This document shows positions 23,697-35,435 of a stretch of DNA of 64,000 bases, one piece after another; position 1 is the stretch's first letter, and each line of letters begins with the position of its first letter. The notes under the pieces are model-generated. The model was given only the letters and a program-made list of their open reading frames with translations, was not told the origin of the DNA and ran no database searches. The stretch is from positions 9,052,001 through 9,116,000 of the forward strand of contig NC_043024.1 of assembly GCF_006345805.1 (NCBI RefSeq), read 5' to 3'. This DNA is from Octopus sinensis. Taxonomy: Eukaryota. Both the position numbers and the translations under genes were made by a program.

Positions 23697-24720
23697 GGCG
23701 TAACTTCGGTATAGGTACCAGAAAGTACAGGATACATTTCAAGAAAGGCTTTTTTTTTATATATATATATATATATGGGGGATTAGGGTTTGTGTTAGGG
23801 TTATGGGTGGGAGAAAAGGGTTTCTGTTATCGGTACTACTAGCGAACAGTGGTCCCGGTGCGCGCACTCGCGCTAGCTAGTCGTAAGTAGTCGATCCTAC
23901 AACGACTTGCGCCTATGTTTGTATTTCAAGGCTGAATACATATCAAAGAAAATTAAATAATAATATTTTTCGAACAAAGTAAATAAAACGCAAAGTAAAT
24001 AATTTTTTAAACTAAGTAAATAAATTATTTGGCAATCTTTCGTCTCTAGTAGACCTTTCCGTCGATTTCCGTAAAAAAATTAATTTCTTTTTACATATGG
24101 GCTTGCGGGAACTTTTGAAGTAATGAGAGCGAAAGAGACTAAGAGAAAGCGATTGTATGACGAGGGAAGTTCTTTTGAAGTTACCGTCCAAGGGAAGCAT
24201 TGATGTACATGTGTGTATGTGTGTGTGTGTGTTTGATGGGGTGTGGGAGACAGACAGTATGTTGTGTAAGTGAAGTGCTTCTGTTAGTGTGTGTGAAGAG
24301 ACAGAGTAATGTGTGAAAGAGAGAGATAACTGAAATTTTTTACTCGGTGTATGTGTATATGTATGTATATTACTTCAAAAGTTCCCGCAAGCCCATATGT
24401 AAAAAATAAAAAAAATTTTTTACGGAAATCGACGGAAAGGTCTACTAGAGACGAAAGATCGCCAAAGTGCCGTTCAAAAGGAAAAGATCCTTTATATATT
24501 TCTCTTGTAACTAAGTTTATATAGGATCTTTTATATAGGAACAGATCCTATATAAACTTAGTTACAAGAGAAATATATATATAAAGGATCTTTTTCTTTT
24601 GAACGGCACTTTGAAACATAATTTCACCATAATTTCTAGGTAACTAGTTCGCTAGTTGTACCCTGTTATCTTCAGAAATGTAAACAAAGCCACTTACGGT
24701 ACCTATACCGAAGGATCGCC
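23697..24720. mobile_element. Merlin-like MITE M2 split by nested insertions
   Basis: TIRs GGCGTAACTTCGGTATAGGTACC and GGTACCTATACCGAAGGATCGCC. An uninterrupted relative is at 50941-51085. Confidence 0.75.
23832..24662. mobile_element. Merlin-like element M3 with 8-bp TSD
   Basis: TIR GGTAC(T/A)ACTAGCGAAC, TSD CTGTTATC (23824-23831 and 24663-24670). Empty site at 37089-37096. Relative at 46343-46545. Confidence 0.85.
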
Positions 24721-25064
24721 GGATCGCCATACTAGGTATGTTCCTGGGGGAAGCGATGACGCAAAGATGATATAATCAAGCGTGTTCGTTGACGGCATTA
24801 AATTCTGCGAGGAACTTCTAACGGGTTTCACCGGTAGGATGCAGACAGACAAGGGGAGAAAACTTGTGGATGACACGGGCACTTGTTATGTTTCTAATTA
24901 ATTGAGTTAAACTAATTGAATCATTTATTTAGAACCTGATGATATTTAAGGCAATGGACTGAACCATAGTATATTTCATTTACGGAGATTTGGTCGCAGT
25001 AATGATGCTGTCTGTTGTAGATTTTGGGTGATTGAATGATTTATTAATATATGATATGGATTTA

Positions 25065-26575
25065 TTAGGCTTACGAAGTCTGGAACCCCTATCTTGCCCA
25101 GGATATCAATCGTCCGGAAGCCGTTCAGCGACATGCAACCAAAAGAATACCCTCCATCAGGCATTTGCCATATTCTGAGCGCCTTACTTCCCTGGGCATG
25201 GACACATTGAAACTCCGACATCTGGCAGCTGACTTGGCAGACACCCATAAAATTATTAACCATCTTACAAACAATAACTCTGAGCACCTTTTCAAACTCC
25301 ACCCGTCTAACACCTGTGGACATGTTTACAAAGTCAGAAAACAACACAGCTCCCATGACTTTAGGAAACATTTTTTCATGCTGAGAGTTGCTGAAGCATG
25401 GAACAAACTGCCGGCATCAGTTGTTAGTTGTCGGAGCACTGCATCCTTCAAAACTTCCATGCTTCCTGAGATTCGCCAACACTACACCTGATTTTTTCCC
25501 CTCCATACACACACAAGCATGTATCTGACTCATACATTGTTCACTTTCCAGGCATTTGTACATTACTGCATATACTTTATACACACTTTTTGACAAGTTG
25601 TGGTTCACCTGAGCACTGTATGCAATAATTTCATTATTATTATTATTATTTAAATAATTAAATTTTCTTTCGGAAACATTTTTTCACGCTAAGAGTTGCT
25701 GAAGCATGGAACAAACTGCCGGCATCAGTTGTTAGTTGTCGGAGCACTGCATCCTTCAAAACTTCCATGCTTCCTGAGATTCGCCAACACTACACCTGAT
25801 TTTTTCCCCTCCATACACACACAAGCATGTATCTGACTCATACATTGTTCACTTTCCAGGCATTTGTACATTACTGCATATACTTTATACACACTTTTTG
25901 ACAAGTTGTGGTTCACCTGAGCACTGTATGCAATAATTTCATTATTATTATTATTATTTAAATAATTAAATTTTCTTTCGGAAACATTTTTTCACGCTAA
26001 GAGTTGCTGAAGCATGGAACAAACTGCCGGCATCAGTTGTTAGTTGTCGGAGCACTGCATCCTTCAAAACTTCCATGCTTCCTGAGATTCGCCAACACTA
26101 CACCTGATTTTTTCCCCTCCATACACACACAAGCATGTATCTGACTCATACATTGTTCACTTTCCAGGCATTTGTACATTACTGCATATACTTTATACAC
26201 ACTTTTTGACAAGTTGTGGTTCACCTGAGCACTGTATGCAATAATTTCATTATTATTATTATTATTTAAATAATTAAATTTTCTTTCGGAAACATTTTTT
26301 CACGCTAAGAGTTGCTGAAGCATGGAACAAACTGCCGGCATCAGTTGTTAGTTGTCGGAGCACTGCATCCTTCAAAACTTCCATGCTTCCTGAGATTCGC
26401 CAACACTACACCTGATTTTTTCCCCTCCATACACACACAAGCATGTATCTGACTCATGCACTGTTCGCTTTCCAGACATTTGTACATTACTGCATATACT
26501 TTATATGCACTTTCTGACAAGTTGTGGTGCACCTGAGCACTGTATACAATAATTTCATTATTATTATTATTATAA
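25065..26575 (+). mobile_element. 5'-truncated CR1-group LINE followed by three extra tandem 308-bp copies of its 3' end
   Basis: YEVWNPYLAQDIN.PEAVQR.ATK..PYSERLTSLG...FRKHFFMLRVAEAWNKLP followed by an (ATT)n tail. Unit spacing is 308 bp. Confidence 0.9.
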
Positions 26576-26591
26576 TTCTTTGTGAGTTGGT

Positions 26592-29500
26592 ATGGAGGAT
26601 GTCAATGCCTTCGACTCTTGTGACCCAGCTGTTATCAATAGAGATCCAGTCAGAGAAGAAAATGATGGTGAGAAGCAACTTTTATCCAGTGAAGCATTTA
26701 CTAAACAAATATCTTTACATAGAGATATTACTGATTACCGTTGTGAGATTTGTGCGAAAAGATTTTCTTCGGAACACGAAGTCTTCACTCACAGACAAAT
26801 ACACAACAGAGAAAAATCGTTTCACTGTGAGATATTGATTGATTGATTGATTGACTCTAGTTTCAGCTTATGAGCTGTGGCCATGCTGGGGCACCGCCAT
26901 TTGGTGTTGCTACTTGGTTTCACTTCATGGAGGCTTTCTAGCAACTGCTATTTGGTGCATGAGAGAGTTCGATGCAGCTGCCCTCATCTGCCCCTCCTGC
27001 CGTGAAGTTGTTCATCTGGGACACCTGACAGGAAGAGATCCAGCTTCATTTTAAAGACATCTGTATCCACCCCATGCAGGTCTCTCAGGTTCTTCGGGAG
27101 GATATTGAAGAGCTGTGGGCCTCAGAAGCCCAGGCTATCACAGAATCTTGTCCTACATCTTGATGGCAGGTTTGGAGTCCTAGGCACCACGCAGTGGCGC
27201 CCAGTTCTGGCATTTGCGTAACTCTCGATGCCAAAGTTCAGGACACTTCCCTCCAGGATCTTCCAGATGTATATTATGGCATATCTTTCCCGCCTACGCT
27301 CCAGGGAATATAATTTTAATCTCTTGAGTCTTTCCCAGTAGCTTACATTCTGCATAGAGGCTATCTTCTTCGTGTAGCTTCGTTGGATCGCCTCAAGTTC
27401 TGTGATCAACTTGACACTGGATGGTGACCATAGCTGAGAGCAATAGTCAAAGTGGCTTAGGACAAGTGTCTTCCAGAGGACCATCATGGTTTCTTGTTCT
27501 CTTGTTCTAAAGGTTCTAAGAATCCATCCAGCCAGCCGTCTACATTTCATTGTCAGTTTAGCAACATGTACATGAAAGGTCGCGTCATCACTCATGTGAA
27601 TACCCAGGTCACGCACTGATTGTGCCTCTGGGATTGCAATCCCTCCGGGTCCAGTGTATTCATTGGGTATTGCATTCAGTTTTGCATGCTGATAGTATAA
27701 AGCTTGAAACTTTCCAGCATTGAACTGCATGCTATTCTTTTCAGCCCACTTGTATATTTCATCCAGCTCACATTGCAGGTGTTTAGTGTCCTCAGGGTTC
27801 TGTATTGCCTGTGAAACTTTTGTATCATCTGCATAACTTGTGATCGTGGCTGAGGGCATGTCTGAGAGGGCCATTATGAACAGTAGTGGTCCCAGAACAG
27901 TGCCCTGCGGAACACCGCTCACTATTTGTGTGTTAATGGAGGTGGCCCCATTGGCTACTACCACCTGACTTCTATCCTTCAGAAAGTCATGAAGCCATTC
28001 TCCCAGTTTTCCAACTATGTTGAGATCATGCAGTTTGTGACATATCATTCCATGATCGACTTTATCAAAGGCCTTTGCAAAGTCGAGATATATCACTTCC
28101 ACATTTGAGTGGTTGAGCAGCCGTTTCAGCACCCAGTCATAGTGTTGTAGGAGCTGAGTTAAACAGCTTCTCCCTGGTCGAAACCATGTTGGGTGTCGGG
28201 CAGCAAGTCATTCTCTTCAAGGAAGGTGATCAGCTTCCTTCTGACTATTCGTTCCATGACCTTGCTGATGTGTGAGGTCAGAGAGATAGGTCTATAGTTC
28301 TTGGCTTCCGCTCTGCTACCTCCTTTATGAATGGGGCATATTTTACCTTCCTTCAGTTTTCCTGGAAGTTTGCCAGCTGCAAGGAAGCTCTGAAAGAGGA
28401 ACTGCAGTGGTCTTGCTAGGACTCTCTTACATGCTTTTAGGAGGATTGCCGGGAATCCATCGGGGCCAGTAGCTGAGTCTGTTTTCATTTCATCTATAGC
28501 CTTGGTTACATCGTCTTCCTTTATATCGATGTAATCTATCGTCGCCGCCTCTGATTTTATATCTGCAGTGGTAAAAAAGTCAGTTGGATTGGTGATTTGG
28601 AGATGCCCAAGGGGTGGAGTGAAAACACTCTTGAATTGCTCATTCAGTATTTCACTTACCCTCATTGGTTTTCATGTAAGTGTGCCATCCTTTTCGAGGA
28701 GTGGCCCTATTCTACAGTGCACTGTAGCTGTTTCTTTGGCATACCTGTAGAAAGCTCTGGGGTTAGATTTTATGTTTTCTATAGCCCAGGCTTCTTTGTC
28801 TGCTCTTTCTTTTTCATGGGAGAGTTGCAGACATTTTTCGATTTCCAACAGTTTTATTTTTAGGCGGGACTTTTCACTGCTTTCAATCTGTTTGTTTAGG
28901 CGATTTGAAAATTTCGTACGCCAAATAATAATTCTCATCTTGTCAATCATATACGAAGCCATACAGGAGAGAAACCGTTTCACTGTGAAATTTGTGGAAA
29001 ATATTTTGTTAATAATAGTAATTTAAACCGACATAAACGGATACACAACGGAGGAAACTCCCATCATTGCGAATTTTGTGGGAAATCTTTTGAAAATAAT
29101 AGTAATTTAAACAGGCACAGAAGAGTCCACTCTGGAGAGAAACCGTTCCATTGTGAAATATGTGGTAAGAGTTTCTCTCAGAATTCGAACCTGGTTATCC
29201 ACGTTCGTAGTCACACGGGAGAAAACCCATTTCACTGCGAAATTTGTGGGAAATCTTTCGTTGAAAAGTCAAAGCTTACAATCCACATACGTGGCCACAC
29301 GGGTGAAAAACCGTTCCACTGTGAATTATGCGAGAAATCCTTCTCCGATCATTCCAGTCTTGTTTACCATAAAAAGGGTTCACACGGGAGAGAAGCCCTA
29401 TCGTTGTGATATTTGTGGGCAGACTTTTATGATGAACAGTAATTTAACGACACACAAGAGGGTTCATACAGCGGAACAGCCTTATCGCTGTGAAATCTGC

Positions 29501-29683
29501 GGGAAATCTTTTATTAATAACTCTCATCTTGTAGTTCATTTACGTAGCCACAGCGGAGAGAGACCTTATCACTGTGATGCTTGTGGTAAATCGTTCAGTA
29601 ACAATTCTCATCTTGTAGTTCACAGACGGATACATTCTGGAGAAAGGCCGTACCATTGTGCCATGTGTGGAATAGTCGCTTAA
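26592..29683 (+). pseudogene. C2H2 zinc-finger paralog of the 37389 gene, split by a LINE and frameshifted
   Basis: N-terminus MEDVNAFDSCDPAV vs MEDVNDFDPCDPAV. Finger 1 at 26740-26810. About 8 complete fingers resume after 28926. +1 frameshift in the A-run at about 29370. Confidence 0.9.
26833..28925 (-). mobile_element. 5'-truncated CR1/L2-group LINE (RT domain) with (TCAA)n tail
   Basis: YRPISLTS, DFAKAFDKV, GVPQGTVLGPLLF and YADD motifs. In-frame stops at 28672 and 27122, 1-bp deletion at about 28181. Confidence 0.92.
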
Positions 29684-29792
29684 AAAAGCACGAGCGCACA
29701 CATAGATTCTAAAGAGAAATATTTTAATTATGGGACGTGAGGAATCTGTATTTTGTACATTTGAATTCAAAGTCCATCAAGAAGTGAACACA

Positions 29793-30607
29793 GGGTGGCG
29801 AGCTGGCAGGAACGTTAGCATGCCAGGCAAAATGCTTAGCGGTATTTCGTCTGCCACTACGTTTTGAGTTCAAATTCTGCCGAAGTTGACTTTGTCTTTC
29901 ATCCTTTCGGGGTCAATACAACCATCGCACAAACAATAACTCTGAGCACCTTTTCAAACTCCACCCATCTAACACCCGTGGACATATTTACAAAGTCAGA
30001 AAACAGCACAGCTCCCATGACTTCAGGAAACATTTTTTCACGCTGAGAGTTGCTGAAGCATGGAACAAACTGCCGGCATCGGTTGTTAGTTGTCGGAGCA
30101 CTGCATCCTTCAAAACTTCCATGCTTCCTGAGATTCGCCAACACTACACTTGATTTTCTCCCCTCCATACACACACAAGCATGTATCTGACTCATACATT
30201 GTTCGCTTTCCAGACATTTGTACATTACTGCATATGCTTTATACGTACGTTTTGACAAGTTGTGGTGCACCTGAGCACTGTATACAATAATTTCATTATA
30301 TTATATTATATTATATAAATAAAGTACCAGTTTCGCACTGGGTCGATGTAATCGACTTAATCCCTTTGTCTGTCCTTGTTAGTCCCCTCTGTGTTTAGCC
30401 CCTTGTGGGTAGTAAAGAAATAGGTATTTCGTCTGCCGCTACATTCTGATTTCAAATTCCGTCGAGGTCGACTTTGCATTTCATCCTTTTGGGGTCGATT
30501 AAATAAGTACCAGTTACGCACTGGAGTCGATATAATCGATTTAATCCATTTGTCTGTCCTTGTTTGTTCCCTCTGTGTTTAGCCCCTTGTGGGTAATAAA
30601 GAAATAA
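29793..30607 (+). mobile_element. Meta-like SINE (headed, dimerised 3' part) with a CR1 3' fragment nested at 29921-30315
   Basis: Head GGCGAGCTGGCAGGAACGTTAGC. The SINE core is interrupted at GGGGTCAATA and resumes at TAAATAAAGTACCAG. Confidence 0.85.
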
Positions 30608-30704
30608 GAAGCAATAAATAACAATGTTTGGAAGCAATGTTTTTCACTCGTGGCAGAATTAAAATATTCAACCCTGTCATATTGTACCCCTACGAATGAG
30701 TTAC

Positions 30705-31620
30705 TTATTCTTGTCTTGTCTTGAGACAGCATTCACCCGGGGTGGGTTGCGCTGGCTTCATTCATCCTCAATGCTGCATCTCTCACAAATGCTGACCAGG
30801 CCTGGCGATTTGAGGCTAACGACCACGTGATCTCCAACCACTCTTTATTCCAGCGGTGAACGCTGTAGGCATGAGGGCCTGGGTTCGGTTCCAGATCAGC
30901 CTTGACTGTCATCAGCCAGGTTTTTCGTTGTCCACCACATCGCTTTCGCCAACCCTGAAGGGGAGCTGGGGCAATTGCTTCGTAGGTTGGGTTCCTGATC
31001 AGCCTTGACTGTCATCAGCCAGATTTTTCGTTGTCCACCACATCGTTTTCGCCAACCCTGAAGGGGAGCTGGGGCAATTGCTTCGTAGGTTGGGTTCCAG
31101 ATCAGCCTTGACTGTCATCAGCCAGGTTTTTCGTTGTCCACCACATCGCTTTCGCCAACCCTGAAGGGGAGCTGGGGCAATTGCTTCGTAGGTGGGGTTC
31201 CAGATCAGCCTTGACTGTCATCAGCCAGGTTTTTCGTTGTCAACCACATCGTTTTCGCCAACCCTGCAGGGGAGCTGGGGCAATTGCTTCGTAGGTTGGG
31301 TTCCAGATCGGCCTTGACTGTCATCAGCCAGGTTTTTCGTTGTCCACCACATCGCTTTCGCCAACCCTGAGGGGAGCTGGGGCAATTGCTTCGTAGGTGG
31401 GGTTCCAGATCAGCCTTGACTGTCATCAGCCAGGTTTTTCGTTGTCAACCACATCGTTTTCGCCAACCCTGCAGGGGAGCTGGGGCAATTGCTTCGTAGG
31501 TTGGGTTCCAGATCGGCCTTGACTGTCATCAGCCAGGTTTTTCGTTGTCCACCACATCGCTTACTCCAACCCTGAAGGGGAGCTGGGGCAATTGCTTCAT
31601 AGATGAATTCTCCTGGTTAC
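30705..31620 (-). mobile_element. RTE LINE 3' end with seven tandem 103-bp copies of an ORF2 segment
   Basis: Minus strand GWRKRCGGQRKTWLMTVKADLEP...RWNKEWLE..LASNRQAWS, (CAAGA)n tail. Anchors at 30894, 30997, 31100, 31203, 31306, 31408 and 31511. Confidence 0.85.
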
Positions 31621-32309
31621 TTCTCATCACTTGACTTAAACACTTACTGTAAGACCATTCCATTGCTGACAGTCTCCCTGATTTATATTCCTTCAAATCC
31701 TATATACCATGTGTTTTGCTAAACCTTTTCAGACAATGTTTTAGTCTGTGTAGCCAAAACGACCATGAGATACATCTACTGAAAGGCGATCTCTGATTGG
31801 TTGTTACACTTCAAAACCAACCATTCACATTTGTCCCATTGGGGCTGATGGATCAGCCTCAAAGTCCTTTCAGCTTGTATCACCTGGGCTATCAGTCGGC
31901 TTTGTTGTCCCAAGAGGGTTAACTCCCACATACATTTCTTTGTGTGCCTAAACATTATTTAGTATTTCCCTCCTGTGGAAATGATAACCCTTCACATTCT
32001 TCTATAACATTTCCTACACAAGCATCTATATTTAATATAGACACCTCATAGCAAAACACTACTTTTTAGGAGCAGAAATACGGTAACAGACTTATAATTG
32101 TGGCATGATAACTTAGTCACATTTAACATCCCCTTGATAGACTCACAGCATCTCTCAATGAAACATACCTACATCACTAAGTCTACTTTACATAATTTCT
32201 TAAATTTTTCAAATGCTAAGATTTGCTTTCTTTTTGATGACTTTTCATGCCAGCAAGATATAAATAACATCCACCTGATTATATAACAAAGATTAAACTT
32301 CTTCTTCAA

Positions 32310-32774
32310 GGCTTGAAAACACTTTGCCCCTTGTAGAGCATAGGGCCTCAACAGTTGTTTTCTACTTTTTGCAGTCATTGGCGTGTTTCTTGGCTGCTTC
32401 CCCTGTTAGGCCGGTGGTCCTGAGCTCATCCAAAATGCTCCGCTTCCTTTCCTACTATAGTTTTGGGCTGACCAAAGCCTTGTGAGTGGATTTGGTAGAC
32501 AGAAACTGAAAGAAGCCCGTTGTATATATGTATGTGTGTGTATATGTTTATGTGTGTGTGTGTTTGTTCCCCCAACATCGTTTGATAACTGATGCTGGTG
32601 TGTTTATGTCCCTGTAACCTAGCGGTTTGGCAAAAGAGACCGATAGAATAGTAGGCTCACAAAGAATAAGTCCCGGGGTCGATTTGCTCGACTAATGGCG
32701 GTGCTCCAGCATGGCCACAGTCACATGACTGAGACAAGTAAAAGAGTATATATATCGTTTGTGCCTCCTCCATT

Positions 32775-32806
<32 letters not shown>

Positions 32807-33290
32807 TCTCCATATATATATGTATTCTTTTTCTTAATCCTTTTTGCCCCTTGTGGAACATGGGGCCTCAACAGTTGTTTTCCACTTTTTGCAGTCATTG
32901 GCGAGTTTCTTGCCCGCTTCCCATGTCAGGCCGGTGGTCCTCAGCTCATCCAAAATGCTCCCCTTCCATGTCTGCTTTGGGTGCTCTCACTTCCTTTTCC
33001 CCTGCGGGTTCCAGTCAAGTACTTGTTGTGTCACATTTCAGGGTTCTTTCCGCAGTGTGTGTCCCCGATCCATCTCCATATCCTTCGTCTAACCTGAACA
33101 TGTATGGGCTCCTGGTTGACCCTTTTCCCACAGGTCAGTGTTTGGCACTCTGTCAAACTACTTCAGATGGAGGATCTGCCGGAGACATTTGTTGATGAAG
33201 GTCTGGATCTTCTTGTAGTTGCTGCAGTTGGCTCTCCATGTTTCAGAGCCATACAAAAGCACAGATTTTATGTTTGAACTAAATGAACTA
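32310..33290 (-). mobile_element. RTE LINE 3' fragments (two copies of the terminus, separated by SINE A)
   Basis: Minus strand VLDWNPQGKRKRESTQ..WKGSILDELRTTGLTWEAGKKLANDCKKW at 32835-33290. The terminus is repeated at 32310-32455. Confidence 0.75.
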
Positions 33291-33988
33291 GATAAATGGC
33301 GGTGCCCCAGCATGGCCACAGCTCATGAGTTGAAACTAGATGAAAATAAAAAAATTAAAAATAAAACGGAGTTTAGTTCGAGTTGAGATGGCAGTGGACT
33401 TCCATACCAGCCGAAGAATATATATATATATTGTATAAGGTATCGTGGGTAAGGCCAGAGCAATGCGAAGTAATTGCAAGGCAAATCACAAAACACTGAT
33501 CAGTTACTAACCTGCAATACACAAATGTTAGACTCATCCTCACATATCTGGGACAGAATAACTACAAATGATAATTAAGGAATATTACTCTTCTTTATTG
33601 CCTTTTGCAGATATCACACCTCAAACATTATTCATTGACACTAGTTAGAAATCTCAAAATGGTCATCAATGTCTGTGGATGTGAGGAATTTTTCAATGAT
33701 GCAAAATTAAGCAAAAGAAAACCATCTCTTAGAACTCGAGAAGAACTGGGTAGTGTGAAGGAACCAATCAAACAACTTAGAAATCTATTAAATTTAAAAC
33801 CATGGAATCTAGCTGGAGAAATATTCTTTAAGGGGTATTTTGCTCAATTTCATTTTAGCTTTTAACAGGATGAAAGGTCTGTAATACTGGATGGGAGCAG
33901 CTCTCATCCTTTACATAAAATTATTAATCGAAGGAAAGAGTCAAGACTTCTGATTAACTTCAACAGCATAAATATTTTTATTTCTGGA

Positions 33989-34351
33989 CTAGCAGTATCG
34001 CCTGGCGTTGCTCGGGTTTGTAAGGGAAATAACTATAAAGCATTTTTAGAGAGTTATAGACAAAAAATGGGAAAAAAATGATGGTAAATTTTTTTGAGAG
34101 TTAAAAAGGTCGAGTTGCGTCCCCTAGACAGTCTGTGGTTTGTGTTTCTGATTCTCGACCCCATGTCGAATTTATCGATTTTTTTTCAGAACTGCGAGAA
34201 CTTTTCAAAATTTTCGCTGTGTTAGTTTTGAATTATGACATTGGGCTATGTGTGTGTCAAGTTTCATCAGAATCGGTTGAAAGCCGTGGTCAGGGTGAGG
34301 GTACAACCTAACAGACACGCAGACAGACAAACTGCCGTTTATATAGAGAGA
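33989..34351 (-). mobile_element. Chimeric non-autonomous Helitron (H1-type 3' end, H2-type 5' end)
   Basis: Minus strand starts TCTCTCTATATAAACGGC (like 34844) and ends CCCGAGCAACGCCAGGCGATACTGCTAG (like 17417). Confidence 0.75.
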
Positions 34352-34843
34352 GATTTGCAATATATACATTCTTCTTCAGGGCGAATCGGTAGCCTAGGAG
34401 CTACTCGCAGTAGTCAAGTGGAGTGAGCCAAATCCTGTCCATTCAAGCATAGTGTAGCAACGCCACGAGGTGCAGCTTGAGAGAGCTGCTAAAACACGTC
34501 CGTCCTGTTCGGCTGTCAGCATTCAAGAGACCGAATGAGGCAAATTTCGATGCTGCTAGTTTTCTGCACATGTGCATGAGGGAACTTCCAGCAGGCCTCC
34601 CGGAAGAATCCAACTCTACGCATGCATGCTGAAGATGTCCAAAATGGTGTCACTACAAGCTCTCAACTTGTGTCATTAAGAATATTTTTCTCTCAATCAA
34701 AAGCCGAGAGTGGTGAATGTCAACAGAACTCCTATTGTATTGTCTTGTCTAAATATATTCTCTTAACATTATACGGTATCCAATAAAACTACATTTAATA
34801 CATCAAACACAAGTAATTGTAATAGGATTTAAAAGCCTTAGAA

Positions 34844-35435
34844 TCTCTCTATATATAAACGGCAAAATGTCTGTGTGTGTGTCCTTTATACAAATCCACA
34901 ATTTTTCAGTTAGAGGGCTCGCACTGTCTATGGTCATTCAAAACCGTCCAAGGGTGGTCATGCACATCTTTACATTTCCCCAGTCACCCCGCAAAGCCAT
35001 TAAAAAATCAATAGAAGTGACCTTTTTGTGAATTTTCTATCCAAAACCCAATCAAAATGCCCGAAACTTGATACGCCAATTGAATGCCAGCTAGCTGTAT
35101 GTGATTGGTCGGAGATTTGGACAGTACTCGCGTGTATGTGCACACACACGCAGCTGTATATGCATGCACTAGCATTATGACCCGGCGTTGCCAGGTCATA
35201 GTGCTAGTATAATATATATATATATGTATATAAAAATCCGTTCTGTCTGTGTGTCTTCTAGGATCTCGGGCATCCTCCATCCGATTTTGCTCAAATTTGA
35301 TATGTAGATACGCCAATTGAATGCCAGCTAGCTGTATGCAATTGGCCGGAGATTTGGACAGCACTCGCGTGTATGTGTGCACGCACACAGCTGTATATGC
35401 ATGCACTAGCATTATGATCCGGGTCATAGTGCTAG
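34844..35435 (+). mobile_element. Two head-to-tail non-autonomous Helitrons (H2 then H3/H2 chimera)
   Basis: TC start at 34844, ATGACC-CGGCGTTGCCA-GGTCAT hairpin and CTAG at 35204-35207. The second unit ends in CTAG at 35432-35435. Confidence 0.8.

Noticed and set aside
30894-30925. Hammerhead-like CTGATGA-CAG..CTG-GAAC on the minus strand of each 103-bp unit
   Set aside because: GAAC instead of GAAA, no stem III or NUH site, and it lies within RTE coding sequence.
34380-34700. GC-richer unique island as promoter or exon
   Set aside because: No ORF, splice pattern or repeat match that I can support from sequence alone.
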